Of a DNA stretch of 64,000 bases, positions 37,793 through 50,480 are shown piece by piece. The stretch lies in NCBI GenBank assembly GCA_951406725.2, contig OX597834.1, positions 3,348,001-3,412,000 of the forward strand, given 5' to 3'. The stretch is from Octopus vulgaris (Eukaryota). A model generated the notes under the pieces. The model saw only the letters and a program-made list of their open reading frames with translations, ran no database searches and was not told the origin of the DNA. The position numbers and the translations under genes were made by a program. How positions within the stretch are numbered: position 1 is the first letter of the stretch; the number at the start of each line of letters is the position of its first letter.

Positions 37793-38863
37793 TTAAGTAG
37801 CCTTTTGAGAGAATGATTTACCACATATGTCACAGAGATATGGCTTCTCTCCTGTGTGAGAACGTTTATGACGAGTTAATTCACTACTTTCAAGGAATGA
37901 TTTACTGCAGATTTCACACTGAAATGGTTTCTCTCCTGTATGAATACGTTTGTGAGCAGTTAAGTGACTGTTCTGGTAAAACAATTTTCCACAGACATCA
38001 CAGTGATGTGGTTTATCTCCAGTATGAATACGTTTGTGAAGTATTAAGTGATGCTTCACAGAAAATGATTTACCACACACATCGCACTCATATGGCTTCT
38101 CTCCTGTGTGAACACGTTTATGATTAGTCAAGTGACTTGGTGAAGGGAATGACTTATTACAGATATCACAGTGATACGGTTTCTCTCTTGTATGAAGTTC
38201 TTTATGTATATTTAAAATTGTTGGTGCAGGAAACGATTTACCACAGATATCACAATGATATGGCCTCTCCTTTGTATGAATATGTTCATGTCTGGATAAG
38301 CTAGAACTCTGAGAGAATAATCTACCACAGATACCACAGTGATATGGTTTTTCTCCTGTATGAATACGTTTGTGTTTAGTTAGGTTACCATCTACAGAGA
38401 ATGATTTACCACAAATATCACAGTGATATGGTTTGGTTTTTGTATGAATGTGTTTGTGACTAATAAGGCTACCTTTCTGACAAAAGGATTTACCACAGAC
38501 ATCACAGTGATATGGTTTCTCTCCCGTATGAGTACGTACATGAGTAGTTAAGTCAGAACTTTGAGGAAATGCTTTACCACAGATATCACAGCGATATGGC
38601 TTCTCTCCTGTATGAATACGTTTGTGACCAATAAGGTGACCTTTCTGACAAAATGACTTATCACAGACATCACAAACATATGGTTTCTCTCCTGTATGAA
38701 TGCGTTTATGAGTAGTTAAGTTAGACTTTTGAGAGAATGATTTATTACACATATCACACTCATATAGTGTCTTTTCTTTCTCTTCCTTTATATCCTCAGG
38801 GAAATCAATAATTTGAGACTCTGCTTCACATTTAATCTTTCTCTCACACAATTCGTCTTCCAT
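37793..38863 (-). CDS. C2H2 zinc-finger protein, gene 4 (11 fingers, 12th frameshifted)
   Basis: ATG MEDELCERK at 38863. The frame is open upstream to a non-ATG codon. Acceptor at 39239, donor GTAAGT at 41932. Confidence 0.92.
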   Translation of the reverse strand: MEDELCERKIKCEAESQIIDFPEDIKEEKEKTLYECDMCNKSFSQKSNLTTHKRIHTGEKPYVCDVCDKSFCQKGHLIGHKRIHTGEKPYRCDICGKAFPQSSDLTTHVRTHTGEKPYHCDVCGKSFCQKGSLISHKHIHTKTKPYHCDICGKSFSVDGNLTKHKRIHTGEKPYHCGICGRLFSQSSSLSRHEHIHTKERPYHCDICGKSFPAPTILNIHKELHTREKPYHCDICNKSFPSPSHLTNHKRVHTGEKPYECDVCGKSFSVKHHLILHKRIHTGDKPHHCDVCGKLFYQNSHLTAHKRIHTGEKPFQCEICSKSFLESSELTRHKRSHTGEKPYLCDICGKSFSQKAT

Positions 38864-39614
38864 TCTTGTTTCTCTCTCACCACAATAAATATAAAAGTTC
38901 TTCTTCACTTTATTTTTATATTTTATTCCGATTTCTTTGGCTATATTTCTATCAACTGTGATTTTTGTCAATATTCGAAGATGCTGCAAATTCCTTTGTA
39001 ATTCAGCTTTTATTTCAATACCAAATCATTACAATACAAATTCCAGTCTGTGAATTTGAGAGCAATTTGTATATAAATTCTGTTCAGAGCCAATATTTCA
39101 CAGTATTTCTACCATGGATTTATATGATGTGGGTTCATATCTGTTCTGTATGACATCTTCCGTTTGTCTTGAAAAGATGATAAATATTGATGGATCTCAG
39201 GTAAATAATGTTCTTTTATGCCAATGTCATCTGATATTCTGAAAGAAAAGAGAACAAAATAGAAAATATCGAGGATGCTTAAACTGAAGACATTCAACGA
39301 TGGACATTTTATTACGTTCCTTCTAAATTGAGAAATTATAGGTGTAAACCTTTACCTGAGCACCTTGCTTTGTCTGCTGGTGAAATATGCATCAATATCT
39401 CTGGGCCTGTGAAAGTGCCAACGTTTTAGGTTTTACCAAATTTCAACATCTCCAAAGTCTCCCGTTGTCCAACACAACAGTAACACTGCTCTGAGCGAGG
39501 ACTTAATAGCAACTTCTCATCCGAGACAAATATACAGCTTACTTTATACAAGCACAAGGAGTGTATGGTGTGTGTGTATCAATGCATGCTTCTCTATGTG
39601 TAAATGTGTTTATT

Positions 39615-40015
39615 CTCTTACTCTTTACTCTTTTACTTGTTTCAGTCATTTGACTGCGGCCATGCTGGAGCACCGCCTTTAGTCGAGCAAATCGACCCCG
39701 GGACTTATTCTTTGTAAGCCCAGTACTTATTCTATCGGTCTCTTTTTGCCGAACCGCTAAGTGACGGGGACGTAAACACACCAGCATCGGTTGTCAAGCA
39801 ATGCTAGCGGGACAAACGCAGACACACAAATAAACACACATACATATATATACGACAGGCTTCTTTCAGTTTCCGTCTACCAAATCCACTCACAAGGCAT
39901 TGGTCGGCCCGAGGCTATAGCAGAAGACACTTGCCCAAGATGCCATGCAGTGGGACTGAACCCAGAACCATGTGGTTGGTAGGCAAGCTACTTACCACAC
40001 AGCCACTCCTGCGCC
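39615..40015 (-). mobile_element. Full-length octopus-type tRNA-SINE
   Basis: Head GGCGCAGGAGTGGCTGTGTGGTAAG (A box), GGTTCAGTCCC (B box), and tail GACTGAAACAAGTAAAAGAG. Confidence 0.88.
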
Positions 40016-40943
40016 TATATATATCATCATTATCATCATAACCATTTAACATCAGTCTTCCATTGAGGCATGGTTTCAACAGCTTCACAGGAGTTGGTGA
40101 GTCAGACAACACACACACATACAGGTGTGTGTGTGTGAGTCCATCACACAATACGTAAAGAATACCCAATCCCAAACCTAACCTTAACAGAACTATAAGT
40201 AAAGTCCCACCAGGGCTGTCATTCTCTTCCATTTTCATCCCTGAATCTACCCATCTGGTCATGTCTTTTTCACCACAAAATTATTCGGCTGTTGTTATGG
40301 TTACAACTTTTCCCCCAATAATATGATGGAGATGACAGTAATGAGAATCATTGAGCTGCTTGGATGGAGTTCAGTTTGAAGTAGGTGTGTGTGTATAAAT
40401 CTCCGTTACGTTTTTATGTCCGTCAACTCCCCTAGACTGATGAGGCAAAGACAACAAGACTCAAACCAGCAACTCCCCCCCAATCCTAGGGAATGTCCTA
40501 TGCTTAGCAAATTTGCAGAAACAAAGGGACACGGGGTTTAGGTATGGGTGTGAGTGAAGTACAAGTATTGAGAGTACAGGTATGGGTATGTGGATATATG
40601 TCGGGTGGCGCGTTTGGAATGGGGTATCGGATAAATAACACCAAGAGATACATATACAATGCGTTAGGGTCCATTACATTACACAAGGGTAGACGGCCGC
40701 GAAGCGCCCCGCGACCGAGGCTGAAATCCTCAAAGGTGCCCTCCACAAGAACTAGCTTGAATGCTGCCCGAATGGTGGCTTCAATGCTAATATATATTCA
40801 CACATACATTCAGGGACAGATAGTGATACGTTATTGATTTTCCTTTGGTATGTCAGGATAAACAATGAAGTGGAGAATTAAAATCGTCTTGCTTAAAACC
40901 CAAGTTACGAAAACCTCCTTCACTTCCTCAACAAGGTGAAATC

Positions 40944-41180
40944 GGTACTACTAGCGAACAGTGGTCCTGGTGCGCGCACTCGTGTAGTGGCGCATCCGCG
41001 CTAGCTAGTCGTGAATAGTCGATCCTACAACGACTACCTAGCAAAGTAAATAAAACACAAAATAATTTTTTTTACACAAAGTAAATAAAACACAAAGTAA
41101 GGATCGACTTGTCACGACTATCTAGCACGGATGCGGATGCGCGTGTGCACGCACCGGGACCACTGTTCGCTAGTAGTACC
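40944..41180. mobile_element. Merlin-like MITE
   Basis: TIR GGTACTACTAGCGAACAGTGGTCC with GG...CC ends and an 8-bp TSD GTGAAATC/GTAAAATC. Confidence 0.8.
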
Positions 41181-41677
41181 GTAAAATCAACGTAACACAT
41201 TCAACAAACCTCAGCTCAACACAAATGTATTAACGGGTGAGAAAACAAATAAGAAATCACGAATAAAAACAGGTCTCAATGTGAAAAGTCGATGTTTAGT
41301 CATTTGTTAGTGTTTGACATAACATTTCTCTTGCTTCTTTCTAATATATCAAAGCAGATTGTATCTTTATCCACGAGGAATCTACATCTGTCTCAGAGAA
41401 ATTACAGGATTTCCTTTATGTCAGTAAAACACCAAAATATATTGGAATGGAACGGCTTGGAACTTTAAAAGGAATTTTAATACCTCAGTTGTTGTTTTTT
41501 ATATTTTAATTAGAAATCAATTTTGTTCGTTGTAATTATCAGCAAGACTACCGGTAATTATCCTCAAAATGACTTTAAATTAGCGAAGTTGGAGAAAAGT
41601 TTGTAAAGTTCAGGTGCGAGAAATAAAGGTAAAAGGTGACTAAACAATAAGAAATAGGAACTTTCTCTTTGCGCTAG

Positions 41678-42225
41678 TATTAAGATAGGGGGGGGGTAAC
41701 GATAATTGAAATGCAGAGTGGAAAGGAAAAGAGGGAAAGTATTGAGGCAACGTCGGCTAAAGCAAGTTTTTCAACTCACTTCTATTACAAATGCGACAGT
41801 CGACCTGTTTGGGGATTAAGACAAACATCGTTTTCCTTTCCTTTATTTTTGAACACCTCCAAACAAACAGATGTAGAAGGAAGATGACAGAATTTATACA
41901 ACGTAGATGTTGTCTCTGTCAATAATACTTACATCTTAATAGAGATCCAATGACGAAGATGTCACGATAGATTATAGTCGCCAGTCTCTTCATTTTCGAA
42001 GTTCAAATCCAAACCAGATCAGTTTTGTCTTTCTTCCTTTCAGAATAGATAAAATCGAGTTCCAGTTAAGTGCTGGAGTCGACATGATCCAATAATGACC
42101 TTCCCTAATATTTCAGGTTTTGCGTCTTTATTAGGAATAATATTCACACTGACCACCGTGATGAAGGAACCTGTTATTTCTTTACACCGCTGAAGTAATT
42201 AGTACCATCCTCGCATTGGTGGGCT
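41678..42225 (-). promoter_or_regulatory. Promoter / exon 1 and conserved intron block of gene 4
   Basis: Reverse complement aligns to 4925-5170 and 5392-5731. Confidence 0.7.
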
Positions 42226-42959
42226 TATAATTATTTTTATTTGAGGGAAAAACAATCATGGTGATTTTTCAAATTTGAATTTGTGTTTATTTTTTCCATA
42301 TTCTTAATCTCCATACTTTCCCAAGTAGATTGATAGAAGAAGAAAAAAAAAATTCGGAAAAAGTTTTAAAAAAAACCACTTTAATTTCACATGAATTACT
42401 TTGTTATATTACTGCGGAAAATTAATCTTAAAGAAATCTTTGCAGAAAGGTTTTGAGATTGATTGCATTATGTTATCGCAGTTTTGTGAGATTTGGCTGT
42501 TATTTCTAGCATGTGGATAGCCTGCTTGAAGGCCAAGGCCTTAGAATTGGGAGGGGAGAGGATTAGGTATGTATGTGTGTATATATATATAAATATATAA
42601 TAATAATAATATTAGGGAATAAATCCAAACTTACAGGAAAAAATTAGATTTAGGATTAAATCCAATTTTATAGCATAAATATATTATATTATATTATATT
42701 AAATTAGAGATAAAACCACTATTAGGCAAATCAAACAATGAAAAACATAAGCCAATACATAAAATTAATTTAAAAATTTAAAAGTTAAAAAATTATTTAA
42801 ATAATCTAAACTTATAAATTTTAAATATATATATACAAATATATATGTATGTATATTTTTATATTTTATTTATTTTTTTTAAATATTTTTTTATATTTTA
42901 TATATAAATATCAAAAGTATTAAAAGTTTAATAAATGATAAAGAGTATATATATATATA

Positions 42960-43500
42960 GTGACGTACATTTGCCATTTAAATATGGCTAACCCCTAAGG
43001 GTGGATGCTACAGTAGTTTGTAGCCCCAGGAGGACACCTCCTCCAGCTGGCTTTAGACACACTTTCTGTGCCCTATCAGTATTTGCAAAGGGAAGCCATC
43101 CTTCCCGTCTCCAACTTATGATACACATGGACTCGAGTTTCTGGGTATTGACCCGTCATCGGCGTGTGACAATCACAGTTGTCGATGAGAAGTAGGTTCC
43201 CTTCACAAATACTTATCCCTTTTCAAGTATCGTAAAGACACTGATAAGTATTTGTGAAGGGAACCTACTTTTCATCGACAACTGTGATTGTCACACGCTG
43301 ATGACGGGTCAATACCCAGAAACTCGAGTCCGTGTGTATCATAAGTTGGAGACGGGAAGGATGGCTTCCCTTTGCAAATACTGATAGGGCACAGAAAGTG
43401 TGTCTAAAGCCAGCTGAAGGAGGTGTCCTCCTGGGGCTACAAACTACAGTAGCATCCACCTTTAGGGGTTAGCCATATTTAAATGGCAAATATACGTCAC
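42960..43500. mobile_element. Near-perfect 258-bp inverted repeat (Penelope-like inverted pLTRs) within TA-rich sequence
   Basis: 42960-43217 versus 43243-43500. Each arm carries a hammerhead motif. Confidence 0.8.
43292..43336 (+). ncRNA. Minimal type-I hammerhead ribozyme
   Basis: CACACG-CTGATGA-cGGGTcaatACCCa-GAAA-CTCGAG-TC-CGTGTG, with a GUC triplet and predicted cut after 43330. Confidence 0.8.
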
Positions 43501-43543
43501 GATGTGTTGCAGCTACTGTTTATAACTCGCTCTGAGATTTATT

Positions 43544-43604
<61 letters not shown>

Positions 43605-43696
43605 TGAAAAATTAAAATCTTACAAACAAATTTTTTTCATAATCGAATCCTCCATAAGCAAAAATGTGGGATTCCATTTTTTCAAAAAAAATCAAT

Positions 43697-44090
43697 AGGC
43701 GCAGAAGTGGCAATTTGGTAAGTAGCTTGCCTACCAACCAGATGATTCTGGGTTCATTCCCACTGCGTGTCTCCTTGGGCAAGTATCTTCTACTATAGCC
43801 TCACGCCGACCAAAAGCCTTGTGAGTAGATTTGGTAGACGGAAACTGAAAGAAGCCCGTCGTATATATGTATGCGTGTGTGTATATGTTTGTGTGTCTGT
43901 GTTTGTTCCCCCAACATCGCTTGACAACCGATGCTGGTGTGTTTACATACCTGTAACTTAGCGGTTCAGCAAAAGATTCTGATAGAATAAGTACTAGGCT
44001 TACAATGTATACGTCCTGGGGTCGATTTGCTCGACTAAAGGCAGTGCTCCAGCATGGACGCAGTCAAATGACTGAAACAAGTAAAAGAGT
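43697..44090 (+). mobile_element. Full-length tRNA-SINE (same family as 39615)
   Basis: Head and tail match the reverse complement of 39615-40015. Confidence 0.88.
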
Positions 44091-44312
44091 ATATATCCAT
44101 TTTACTGAAAGTTATGACGGAAAAATCAGTTCTTGTAAATTTTCAATAAGTCCTCTCCCCCACCCCCGGGTTGTCAACACATTCTTTTTCATATTCGTTT
44201 TCTACACAGTTGCTAACACTCAGCAGGCTGGTTTATTTATTTATTTGTTTGTTCATGGGTGAAGGTCTTTATTTTAAACCACAAGTTACCCTACTGTTAA
44301 ACAACATAAATA

Positions 44313-45588
44313 TTAGGCTGGCAACTAAGTTCCTACAGTTTTTTAAAAGGTTTAATAAAAAATAACAACTAATTAATCAATAATGTATTCAGCCTTGTTG
44401 ATTACAACTTCTTCCCAATGTTGAACAAGATTTTCAATACCTCGTTGATAGAAATCACCCGATTTCGACTCAAAAAATTCATCCAATCAAGCTCTCCATT
44501 CTGCATCAGTATTGAACAAAACTCCGTGCATAGCATTTGAAAGAGATCGAAAGAGGTGGACATCCATTGGTGCCAAATCAGGAGAGTATGGCGAGTGTGG
44601 CAGCACTTCCCAGCCATACGTTTGAATGGCTTCTTTGGTTATATTGGCAATATGAGGGTTGGTGTTGTCGTGCAGCAGCAGAACTCCATGCTGACGATTA
44701 GGTCTTTTCTCTTGAATAGCCGTGTTGAGTCGTTCCATCTGTTGAACATAGAGTTCTGGGTTGACAGTTTGGTTCCGTTCAAGCAATTTGTAATGGATAA
44801 TCCCTTCCTAGTCCCACCATACGCACAACATCATTTTACACAGATGAAGATCTTGTTTCATGCGCCGTGTCGCTTGTTTACCAGGGCTAAGCCATTCCTT
44901 ACGCTGTTTCATATTGATGTACAGGCACCATTTTTCGTCACCAGTAATGATTCAGTAAAGAAATCGTTGCTTGTGTCCATGAGTTGAGTGGTGACGAGCA
45001 AGTAGACCAGCAGAGATTGTAGCTCGTTGATTTTTGTTGTTGTCACTTAAAGCATGCGGGACTCATGCTCCATACTTCTGAACCTTTCCCGTCGAGTGAA
45101 GATACTTCTCTATAGCAGTGTGGGAGCATTCCATTTTCTCTGCCAGTTCCCTTGTCGTTTGACGAGAATTTTCATACAAATGGTTTAATCGCTTTTCAGC
45201 GAATTCAACTGGACAGCCAGAACGAGGTGTGTCTTTAAGGTCAAAATTTCTATTTTTGAATTTGGCATATCAATCATGAGTGGTTCTTTCAGCTATGGCA
45301 CCCTCTCCATACACAGCACAAATGTTGCGAGCAGCTTTTGCGGCCTTAGAACCTTGATTAAAAGCAAAAAGAAGGAGGTGTCAAAAATGCTCGTTTTTCT
45401 TAACTTGACATTCCATTTTAATGATCGGAAGATAAACAAAATTGAACTAAAATTAACTAGAAAAAAAAAAAAAAAGATTCCAAAATGATTCAAAAATAGA
45501 ATTCTTGAAAAAAATAGATTCTAAAATTTAAAAATACAATAAATCCCAAAATTAAAAAAAAACAGCGGGAACTTGGTTGCCAACCCAA
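44313..45588 (-). mobile_element. Degenerate DD34D mariner
   Basis: TA-flanked TIRs TTAGGCTGGCAACTAAGTTCC / GGAACTTGGTTGCCAACCCAA, and peptides ITGDEKW, LLHDNTNPH and LPHSPYSPDLAPMD. Confidence 0.92.
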
Positions 45589-45611
45589 TACTTGATGTTA
45601 TTTACTTTCAA

Positions 45612-46320
45612 ATTGATCAGAATGCCAGGTGGAAGACCAGCAGAACCACAATTCAGTGTTTCTGAAATTGAAATCCTCAACCGTGTATCAATTATAGAGG
45701 AATCTTGGAATATCACCCCAATTAGCCGAATCACGAGACGAGATTCTTCCAAACAAACAGATTTTCAAAAAACCTTCATCATTCCTTGTCGAATTGAATA
45801 ATAAACAATATTGAATAGAATGGGTATTGACATAAATTCCATAGTTTTAGCGCTAATATAAAAAATTTACAAAGGTCCCACATTTTCGGAAAATTTTGGA
45901 ATGCCGATTTTTTTGCATATTCGGAATCTCCGCAGTCGAAAAAGTGAGTTTCAGTTGAAATCCCTATCCACAAAAAACCGAAATGGGATGCGGTCCATGT
46001 CATTTACCTCTGCCTCAAATATAGCAGCATTTTAGCCCTCAGGCATTTCCAATTTCCACTTCACCCTAATAAATAAGTCAACTTCCTTTTTAACAACATA
46101 AATACTGTTGTAAGGTAACATGGCAAATTACACTTTTTGCACATGTATAAATTCATAATTAGTTGTCGCCATGGCAACCACTGAAGAATCTCGTGTTGTG
46201 ATTTGGCTAATTGGGGTGATATTCCACAATTCCTCTCTGATTGATTCGCGGTTGAGGATTTCAATTTCAGGAACAATGAATTGTGGTCCTGCTCGTCTTC
46301 CACGTGTTATTCTGATCAAT
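45612..46320. mobile_element. Element with ~138-bp imperfect inverted repeats
   Basis: 45612-45749 versus 46183-46320. Confidence 0.7.
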
Positions 46321-46685
46321 TCCTTGTACCCGAATTCATCGCTGTACTTGCTACCATCCCTCACTTTACTGATGGCATCCCTGTACATAGCTTGTACTGC
46401 TCTCACCAACCACTTGTCTATCCCAAGTTTCTACATTGACCACCAGATAAGGGACCAGGGGACCCTTTAAAAGCTTTGTCCAAGTCAACAAAAGCCAAGG
46501 ACAGAGCTGTATCTCTGACCATGCATTTCTCTTGGAGCTGCCTTACCAGAATATAGCATCAGTGCTGCTTCTACCTGACAAGAAAAACAAAACAAACTGC
46601 ATCTCATCTAAACTAATTCTCCTCTTAATCAGGTGGGCTAGGGCCCTCTCCATAACTGTCATCATTTGATCGAACAGTTTGATAT
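46321..46685 (-). mobile_element. RTE reverse-transcriptase fragment
   Basis: LAFVDLDKAF and WLVRAVQAMYRDAISKVR. Confidence 0.8.
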
Positions 46686-46714
46686 ATATTTACACACAAG
46701 CATATATATATGTA

Positions 46715-46761
<47 letters not shown>

Positions 46762-47059
46762 TTTGTTTTCGTATCTAGTTTGCAAGAGTGCTGAAACAAA
46801 CCTTGACCTAGGAGGGTGATTATGCTAATAATGACACACGCACTGGTTCAATAGAACATCTTAATAATTAGTCAGTTCATTAAACAATCCTTTATTGAAT
46901 GAGTTGGTTGTTTTGTTAGTTACGACCTCTTCAGTGATTTGCTCTTCTTTCTTCAAAATCAATGGTGGATGTTCTGATTGGGAAAAATAATGTAAAGGAA
47001 AATAGGAAAAAGACTCTTGGGCAACACATGGAAGGGATATGAATATGTAAATATCTAAG

Positions 47060-47710
47060 TCATCATCATCGTTCAATGTCCGTTTTCCATACTGGCATGG
47101 GTTGGACGGTTTGACTGGGGACTGGCAAGCCAGGATATTGTATCAGGTTCCAATCTTGATCTGGCAGAGTTTCTACAGGTGGATGCCCTTCCTAATGGCA
47201 ACCACTTCGAGAGTGTAGTGGGTGCTTTTTACATGCCACCTGCACAGGAGCCAGTCGGGGCGTGGGGGCTGGCATTGACCATGTTCGGATGGTGCTTTTT
47301 ACGTGCCACCTGCACAGGAGCCAGTCGGGGCGTGGGGGCTGGCATTGACCATGTTCGGATGGTGCTTTTTACGTGCCACCTGCACAGGAGCCAGTCGGGG
47401 CGTGGGGGCTGGCATTGACCATGTTTGGATGGTGCTTTTTACGTGCCACCTGCACAGGAGCCAGTCGGGGCGTGGGGGCTGGCATTGACCATGTTTGGAC
47501 GGTGCTTTTTACGTGCCACTGGTACAGGAGCCAGTTGGGGCAATGGGGCTGGCATTGTACCATGTTCGGATGGTGCTTTTTACGTGCCACTGGCATGGGG
47601 AGCCAGTCAGGCAGACCTATGCATGAATGGTGCTTACTGCATGCCACCAGCCTGAGAGGCAGTCAGACAGCACTGGCATCAGCCATAACTACAATTTCTA
47701 TTTGATTGTG
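47060..47710 (-). mobile_element. RTE 3' UTR with an expanded 70-bp tandem repeat (4 near-perfect units at 47221-47500, then degenerate units)
   Basis: Unit GGTGCTTTTTACGTGCCACCTGCACAGGAGCCAGTCGGGGCGTGGGGGCTGGCATTGACCATGTTCGGAT. Confidence 0.88.
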
Positions 47711-50480
47711 CTTTGATACATCCCTAATCTTTCTTTCTTTCTTTCATGGCCCCAGTGCAGCAAATAATGGCAACACATTGCATCAGTCTGTATTTTAACT
47801 TCCTCTTAACACTGTCTTTCTTTCTTCCTAGCCATTTCATTCCCTCTATAAGGGTGCTGGTACGCCGCACGATCGCATCCTAACATAATAATAAGAGAAG
47901 CCATAATACATGGATATATTATACAGTGCCAAAGGAAATAAATGAAGGACGACAATACCGTTCTACTGTTTGAGAGAGAAGATAGACTTTACTCACAGTG
48001 TACAAAGTGAGTTGTGGTTACTAGCGTAGTGTTGTGGTATGAATGCATGTGTATAGTATTTGTGTGTGTGTGTGCGACAGAAGGTACAGATAAAGGTGCA
48101 TGCGAATACAACAGAAATACAGAGCATAAGAGAAGTCTCAGCATATTGAGTTAAGATAGAGTTAAGTTTACCAGTTCATGTGGTACACAATAATAAGTTC
48201 TATAACAAGATTTGGGTCTCGGAGGGGAGACTAGTTGAGTCAGTTGTTGTGCAGGTTTCTCTTGATCTAGATTGTTCTTTCAGATATATACTGCAACTGT
48301 TTTCCCGTGAAGTTTCACACAAACAGCGTGAGATGAATCTGTGTAGTTGTGTACAAGTTGAAATCTTCAGAGATGTAGATGACGTTCTGCCTGTCGCTGG
48401 TGTACAATAGCGGTTTCATAGTATGGTTGGCTGGCTGTCGTCTGTCGTTTGAACCGGAACATGGCTGAGTAGCTCTGTGGTCTCCAACTAGACCTTAGAA
48501 GGTCTAAAGCCGATAAAAGACGATGTTTAGTGAAAATACTAGGTTATTTAAGGAGTAAAGATGGCTCATTTGAAAGATCCTATTCAAAAGCTGTGTTTGG
48601 TCAGTTTACACACTGGCGCGAAATAAGTAGAGAGACAGACCGCGCTAGATGCTAACCAATCAGATCAGTGGACACAACAGGGTTAAACAAGCCAAAGATT
48701 GTTGTAATCTCAAAATAGATCATTCTTAATGTTTTTCTCAAACAGTGAGGATATCAATATTGCTACAGTTGCATAGTAAGTCTCTGGTGGATCTGGTTCT
48801 GCTGTAGTGGTGGTCACAGACTGGAGGGGATAAACGAAGTATTTCTTGATAACCGTTTCCATAAAAATGTCTAATTTGCCACTTGTATGTTGCTCTGTTG
48901 TTTCTTCTAGACATCATAAATAACAATGTGTCAGGCATGGGAATCTTTGTACTACAATATGCTATCAGATTGAAACAGTATCAATGCTTGGGAAATCGAT
49001 TTTCTTTAGACTACCTCTCACCTGGCTACCATCAACCTATTGGTTACATCACATCTTTACTACATAACCACCATCGTTAGCATTTAATGTATAAAGTTAT
49101 CTTATCGTTCATCTCTCATTCACTTCATCATAACCTATAATATCTAATATTTACTATCAAATAATGTCAACAAATTATATAAATACAAAGTAAACAGCTT
49201 TGAAGATCAGTTTGGAAAATGTGTAACTTTTATCAGACATTGATCAAGTCTGTGAATTCTGTAGATTATGGTTGTGCCAGGACAAGTTTTGGTTAAATGT
49301 TCTACATTTAGAATAACAGGAGAATAATTGAAGAGCAAAACCATATTTATTTCAATTTCAGGTAATTAAGAATATTTACAAAGAATGATGAGGTCAGAAC
49401 TCAAGATCCTGGGCCTCACAAGTGAGAAAATGTGCTGATATCTTGTGTAACAGACATATCAAACCCAAACCAGCTTGTACAATGGACATTAAAACACTGA
49501 TGACTATGATGATGATTCACAAATTACGTCATTCATTTTGCATTTATATCAAGTTTAAGGTTACATTCATACTTGCAAATTAAGATTCAGTTTAACCGTC
49601 AAGTCATGGAGGAATCATACTAGAAATAAAAGAAATGATAGAACTGTAGAAATCAAAACCAACATCAGAATTGGTCCCTTGGTGGGATACATCCAATAAT
49701 AACATTTAAACCAGGATATACGTAACATACACGAAACAATGTATAGAAGAATCCAGAATACGTAACATATGGAGGGAAACGTCCAGAAGCTAAAGCTATC
49801 AGATTGTGAACCACACACGTGGTATGACAAACGACAGTAAATGGTTGGTAACATACAGAGCTAGAGAAGATACATGCATGGATGCTAGGAGGGCAAAATG
49901 GATGTTAATCTGTTGCCAGACATGGAGACTAGGCTGTATATCTGTATTCTGGACCTTTGTTAAGTGTCCATTTACTGTCCCAGGTCACTGTGTGAAGGGA
50001 TTGGTGTTAGAATGAATTGCCAGCCATGATTACAATGTCTAAATGGTATAAATGAGCAAGAAGGATCCTCAAAACTTCTTCAGACACAGTACAATCGAAA
50101 ATAGAAAGAGTTGGAGTCTCAAAGAGTGCAGAATCCAAGGCAGCTTGGAAACCAGATGTCAAACGATGATGATGGTGATGATGACACCAGTCTATGATTT
50201 CTAACATTTTAAGTGATGTTATAACAAGATTGAAGAGAATACGTGTCTCAGGTATTTACTCATAATGTCAAATAAATAAAGTGTATACTTTCTTCCCCCC
50301 AGAAATATATCAGATGGAAGATATATATATATATATATATCTGGAGAAAGAAAGCTTTATTAAACGTATCACAGAGGAAAGTTACCTCACACTAAAGATA
50401 TATTTATGTAACTATACAAAATATAATGTGATATCTTCTTGGAAAGGAGAATATATTTTGGTTGTATCATGCGTAATTTT

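Noticed and set aside
39940-40015. tRNA gene (A and B boxes)
   Set aside because: It is the head of a multi-copy SINE and forms no cloverleaf.
43001-43459. Pair of convergent near-identical 64-aa ORFs
   Set aside because: A by-product of the inverted repeat, with non-ATG starts and no domain.
47900-48770. Possible LTR remnant (also 19980-20800)
   Set aside because: No paired LTR, PBS or translatable motif could be identified.
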